Source of the DNA: a virus | Direction: 5' to 3' (one strand) | DNA: 64,000 bases | Virus record (IMG/VR): IMGVR_UViG_3300020045_020105 | Span: 1-64,000 of that record | Shown: piece after piece, positions 60,438-64,000 of the stretch | Layout: each line of letters begins with the position of its first letter | How positions within the stretch are numbered: position 1 is the stretch's first letter | Translations under genes and position numbers: made by a program | The notes under the pieces: generated by a model | What the model saw: the letters and a program-made list of their open reading frames with translations, nothing else | Database searches by the model: none | What the model was told of the DNA's origin: nothing

Positions 60438-60468
60438 AAAATCAGCGAGCTTATGACTCGCTGATTTT
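60438..60468 (+). terminator. Hairpin terminator
   Basis: AAAATCAGCGAG-N7-CTCGCTGATTTT. Confidence 0.75.
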
Positions 60469-60487
60469 AGAAAATTCAAGGCTTCTT

Positions 60488-60517
60488 TTGGGAATTTGGA
60501 AATTTTATTTATATTTA
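60488..60517 (+). promoter_or_regulatory. Class B promoter (variant)
   Basis: TTGGGAATTTGGAAATTTTATTTATATTTA. Confidence 0.5.
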
Positions 60518-60555
60518 CTTTTTATTATTACTAGTTTAAATCAAATTTAAAAACA

Positions 60556-60960
60556 ATGAGAAAAATTATTGCTTTTATGTCGTTAATCTTCGGATTATTG
60601 CTTGTTTTGCCCCCACCCCTCTATAGTACTCCTATAGTGAATAAAGTACATGTAGCGAGTGAATTGCCTTCGTCGTTTGTAGTAAATGTTGTTGCACCAG
60701 TGAATCTGGAGATTGGAGGTGTTGAGTTAACTCAATACAGTAATACCAATACAATTTGTTTGAATAATATTCAAACAAAAGAAATTAAAGTACCAATAAT
60801 CTCAATAAAACCGGTTAAAAACTCGAATTATGATACGCGATTAGCTCGAGAGAATTACCATAAGATAACTAATGGTGCACATAAATTTCAAGCAACTAAT
60901 AAGCATCTTCCAACGAATAAAATTAGAGAAGTAACTATTGAACCTTCAACCCTTTCATAA
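60556..60960 (+). CDS. Signal-peptide protein
   Basis: MRKIIAFMSLIFGLLLV. Confidence 0.5.
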   Translation: MRKIIAFMSLIFGLLLVLPPPLYSTPIVNKVHVASELPSSFVVNVVAPVNLEIGGVELTQYSNTNTICLNNIQTKEIKVPIISIKPVKNSNYDTRLARENYHKITNGAHKFQATNKHLPTNKIREVTIEPSTLS

Positions 60961-60977
60961 TTTACCGGCCAATATTT

Positions 60978-61010
60978 AAAACGAGCACTCAAAAGGTGCT
61001 CGTTTTTATT
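60978..61010 (+). terminator. Rho-independent terminator
   Basis: AAAACGAGCAC-N7-GTGCTCGTTTT followed by a T tract. Confidence 0.8.
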
Positions 61011-61018
61011 TTATAAAG

Positions 61019-61082
61019 CTCTAAATTCTTCTATGAGATTTTCGAATTTCCTTTGAGAATTTAGAGATTCTTTCTATATTTG
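61019..61082 (+). promoter_or_regulatory. Class B promoter with inverted upstream motif copy
   Basis: CTCTAAATTCT (61019-29) / AGAATTTAGAG (61056-66); TTG at 61053; TATATTTG at 61075-61082. Confidence 0.7.
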
Positions 61083-61122
61083 AGTCTTAAGGAATGTAAG
61101 AAACAATTTAAAACATATTCCC

Positions 61123-61953
61123 ATGAAATTTGAAAAAAGAATTAAAAGCAAAGACAAAGAAAACAATCTTAACTCATTGATTTCTCCTGCAGCAACAGAC
61201 GATATTTCTCGCGGTTACGGAATCGGTAGTGAATGGATCAACACAGTAACCAAAAAATATTTCGTTTGTATTGACGCTACAAAAGGCGCAGCAGTATGGA
61301 TTGGAAACGAAGAAGGTATTTGTGGTGAGCTGAAACTTACAGCAAATCAAACAACTACAGCAATCGAAGTAGCAAGTGTTAAACAAGCACTTCATTTACT
61401 TGTAACTGGATTGAAAAATGGATTCAGTGTTACAAACGGAATCACAGGTGCCGGTGATATTACAACCAATGTACCAGTAGTTGCAGGAACTGTTAAATTA
61501 ACAGATGCAGCTCATGGTTTAGTAACAGGTGATATTGTTACGATTACCAAATCAACCAATTACAATGGTATTTTTACAGTTACAAGAGTAAGTGCAGATA
61601 TATTTACAATTGTTGCCGCTTATGTAGCTGATGCTGTAGGTGCTGTTTGGACTCGTGGTACAAAAATCAAATGTGATTATATTGTTGCTGCAAAATACCA
61701 ATTGAATCTTCGTATCGATGCTCTTGTAGAAACTATCAATACAGTATTCAACTTCAACGTTATTAAAAACGTAACTCCAGAAGCATCTCTGATTCTTGAA
61801 CACAAATATTTGGATTTAAGTCAACAGAACGTTTCAACTTGTGGAATCGTTTCACTTAATCCTGGCGATATTATTTGGGTAACTACAGAAAATACAAGTG
61901 GTGCCGGTGATATTACCATTAAGAATTTGAATTTAACATTGACTCAGATTTAG
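61123..61953 (+). CDS. Beta-rich putative virion/fibre protein
   Basis: GY.IGS.WIN....F.C.D...AAVW, HGLVTGD.VTI, C1q-like C-terminus. Confidence 0.45.
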   Translation: MKFEKRIKSKDKENNLNSLISPAATDDISRGYGIGSEWINTVTKKYFVCIDATKGAAVWIGNEEGICGELKLTANQTTTAIEVASVKQALHLLVTGLKNGFSVTNGITGAGDITTNVPVVAGTVKLTDAAHGLVTGDIVTITKSTNYNGIFTVTRVSADIFTIVAAYVADAVGAVWTRGTKIKCDYIVAAKYQLNLRIDALVETINTVFNFNVIKNVTPEASLILEHKYLDLSQQNVSTCGIVSLNPGDIIWVTTENTSGAGDITIKNLNLTLTQI

Positions 61954-61971
61954 GAACTTTCTCATTAAAAT

Positions 61972-62001
61972 AACCTCCATCATTCGAAGTGATGGAGGTT
62001 T
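61972..62001 (+). terminator. Hairpin terminator
   Basis: AACCTCCATCA-N7-TGATGGAGGTT. Confidence 0.7.
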
Positions 62002-62014
62002 AAACTTTTAAATC

Positions 62015-62509
62015 ATGGCAAAAATAATCAAAGAAAATATCATAAAACTGCTTAACGAGCGCATTTATCGTGAAGAAATGTCTTCACGTATTTATAAAGC
62101 TATGGCAGTATGGCTCGAATTCAATGGTTTCGTAGGTGCTGCAAAATTATGGAACACTTATTCACAAGAAGAATTAAAACACGCAGAATGGGCTTATTCT
62201 TATCTTCTTGATTTAGATATTATGCCAGAAGTACCTGAACTCAACCAACCAGATCAAATTATATTCAAGGGCTTACCTCAAATCATCAATTTAAGCTATA
62301 AACACGAAATTGAAATCACAAATCAATGTCAAACACTTGCTAAAGCTGCTTTTGAAGCTTCCGACTTTATGACACTTGAATTGGCTCACAGATATTTAAA
62401 AGAACAAGTAGAAGAGCTTGCCAAAACAAATAATTGGCTTAATCAGCTCAATTCATTCGGTGATTCAAAAGAATCTCTTCGTTTACTCGATTCAATTATG
62501 GGAGCATAA
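62015..62509 (+). CDS. ftnA: Non-haem ferritin
   Basis: LNE.I..E..SS..Y, EELKHA, HE..IT, EQVEE ferroxidase ligands. Confidence 0.88.
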   Translation: MAKIIKENIIKLLNERIYREEMSSRIYKAMAVWLEFNGFVGAAKLWNTYSQEELKHAEWAYSYLLDLDIMPEVPELNQPDQIIFKGLPQIINLSYKHEIEITNQCQTLAKAAFEASDFMTLELAHRYLKEQVEELAKTNNWLNQLNSFGDSKESLRLLDSIMGA

Positions 62510-62512
62510 GAT

Positions 62513-62800
62513 ATGTGGAACGAATTAAAGCCATTAGTTATTGGATTACTACTATTTATTGTCTTAGTTTCTTCAACTTTATTCTCAATATCTTGTTCAA
62601 ATAAGAGGATAGAGAGATCAAGAAAGCAACAAGTACCTCAAATTACATTTGATCAAATCTACAAATTAGAAATATTAGATGGGCACGAAGTACTAATGAC
62701 ATTTAAAAAAGACAGTATCCACATTTATTACGAAAATGCTTATAAGTTAAGTGGAGAAGTAGAAAAAGGAGTTTATATTTATAGTAACTTTAAAAAATAA
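62513..62800 (+). CDS. Membrane/lipoprotein-like hypothetical protein
   Basis: Hydrophobic N-terminus ending in FSISC. Confidence 0.45.
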   Translation: MWNELKPLVIGLLLFIVLVSSTLFSISCSNKRIERSRKQQVPQITFDQIYKLEILDGHEVLMTFKKDSIHIYYENAYKLSGEVEKGVYIYSNFKK

Positions 62801-62804
62801 CAAT

Positions 62805-63566
62805 ATGATCTTAGGTAAATTAAATTTCGGTAGAATGAGAGCTGCTTTAATGAATGCTTTCGATTCAAATAAAGAAGAGCTTAAAAAAGCAGAAGAAGGT
62901 TCTGGAGAACATTGGATTACAGTACGAGGAAGACATATTCTTCTCGATTCTGCCGGTGAAGTAAAAGCTGGAGGTAAAGGAATGGCAGGAGGTAAGGATT
63001 TGGAGAGTATTGGGAAAACTAACTCTGGTAAAAATATTTCCAATCAAAGTGCTAAAAAATATCAAGATTTTACTAAGGAAGATCATTATGATGCTATGAG
63101 GGCTCATGCAGAAAAAGCTACTATAGGAAGCGGAAAAAAAGCTGATTCTCATTCTAAATATTCTGAATCTCATAGAAAGAATCTATCTCTAGAAGAAAGC
63201 ACAGCAATCGCTAAATGGGTTAAAAACAAAGAGAAAGAAAAATCAGGCCCATCCGACAAAGATTTAGCAGCAACAGAATTTGAAAATACTTATTCTAAAA
63301 AGCAAGCTAAAATTTATGCTGAGGGTGGGGAGCCGAAGACTAAAGAGGAAGAAGGTAAAAATGGAAGAATCATTCAACATTATAAAGATTTAATAGGGAA
63401 AGAGGATGTCAAAATCACTATTAAAAACAGTAATGATGGAGACCCAATTGTTTTTGTTAATGGGCAAACAGCTTTTAATAGGAATGATAAGGGAATGAAT
63501 GACACAGAAAATAAAAAACGAGCTCTCTTAAGAGCTTATAAAGCTAGTAAAGAAACAAATAAGTAA
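62805..63566 (+). CDS. Charged hypothetical protein (possible head-associated)
   Basis: EHWITVRGRHILLD..G motif; Lys/Glu-rich. Confidence 0.45.
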   Translation: MILGKLNFGRMRAALMNAFDSNKEELKKAEEGSGEHWITVRGRHILLDSAGEVKAGGKGMAGGKDLESIGKTNSGKNISNQSAKKYQDFTKEDHYDAMRAHAEKATIGSGKKADSHSKYSESHRKNLSLEESTAIAKWVKNKEKEKSGPSDKDLAATEFENTYSKKQAKIYAEGGEPKTKEEEGKNGRIIQHYKDLIGKEDVKITIKNSNDGDPIVFVNGQTAFNRNDKGMNDTENKKRALLRAYKASKETNK

Positions 63567-63571
63567 TTATA

Positions 63572-63757
63572 ATGGAAAATCCATTCTTACCTTTAAATAA
63601 AGCAAATAAGACAGATAATAAAGTTCAAAAAGTAATGGAAGAATTTGCTGCCGGTAAATTACATGATGCTGGAGGTAAAGTAGTAACAAAACATGATCAA
63701 GCAATAGCAATAGCAATATCTGAAGCAGGTAAACCAAAACAACCGAAAAATATTTAA
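63572..63757 (+). CDS. DUF6496-like small basic protein
   Basis: KVQKVMEEF..GKLH..GG.VV....QAIAIAISEA. Confidence 0.65.
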   Translation: MENPFLPLNKANKTDNKVQKVMEEFAAGKLHDAGGKVVTKHDQAIAIAISEAGKPKQPKNI

Positions 63758-63768
63758 AAATAAATACA

Positions 63769-64000
63769 ATGGAAAAATTAGAATTTACATCAATCAGAAG
63801 AGGAAACTCAATCCTACAGGGATTTGGAGTAACTACTCCAAATCAAGAACTTGTAAAAGGTAAGAAATCAGACGATAAAGAAGACGACTTCAAAGAAGAC
63901 GAAACTAAGGACGAAGAATCAGAAGACGATGCTTCAAGCGAAGAAGAAACTGATAATGAAGACGAAAACGAAGAATCTGAGGACGAAACTAACGAAGACG
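63769..64000 (+). CDS. Highly acidic protein, 3'-truncated
   Basis: ATG at 63769 with frame open to the window end; Asp/Glu-rich. Confidence 0.55.
   Translation, partial: MEKLEFTSIRRGNSILQGFGVTTPNQELVKGKKSDDKEDDFKEDETKDEESEDDASSEEETDNEDENEESEDETNED

Noticed and set aside
998-63173. Short minus-strand and nested alternate-frame ORFs in the track (e.g. 1212-1424, 14786-15115, 33343-33600, 43114-43416, 62865-63173)
   Set aside because: They are shadows of well-supported + strand genes and show no motifs.
1-64000. Stop-codon reassignment
   Set aside because: Conserved genes are full length in the standard code, and TAG and TGA terminate genes at sensible positions.

Overview
This is a 64-kb segment of a large, AT-rich, tailed dsDNA phage genome. 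Genes are almost all on the + strand and use the standard genetic code. The host is most likely Bacteroidota, based on TAnnTTTG -7 promoter boxes, the lack of obvious Shine-Dalgarno sites and signal peptides cleaved before Gln. Gene order: tail/adhesin genes and a lysis cassette (1-10.9 kb); DnaQ-like exonuclease, terminase large subunit, NAD ligase, DnaB helicase and primase; a metabolic cluster (pentein amidinotransferase/DDAH-like enzyme, PS-decarboxylase-like pyruvoyl enzyme, PRMT-like guanidino methyltransferase, dUTPase/dCD-fold enzyme, GMP reductase) directly before DnaE; SSB, Mre11/Rad50, RecA, RuvC-like resolvase, RNase H, UvrD and dUTPase; many small early-type ORFs; ECF sigma factor, agmatine deiminase, ThyA and ferritin. 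Main finds: (1) a candidate phage guanidino/arginine-chemistry pathway; (2) six promoters with 10-bp-phased YTTTAAC arrays at an invariant 19-bp distance from the -7 box, whose downstream genes share an AGAT(A/T/C)GT(T)ATG start motif; (3) a free-standing, apparently catalytically dead intein (Hint+LAGLIDADG); (4) a tRNA-Cys-like RNA with a 25-nt hairpin in the anticodon loop; (5) a short module shared by the DnaE C-terminus and a neighbouring protein. All family calls come from motifs recognised by eye; no database searches were run.
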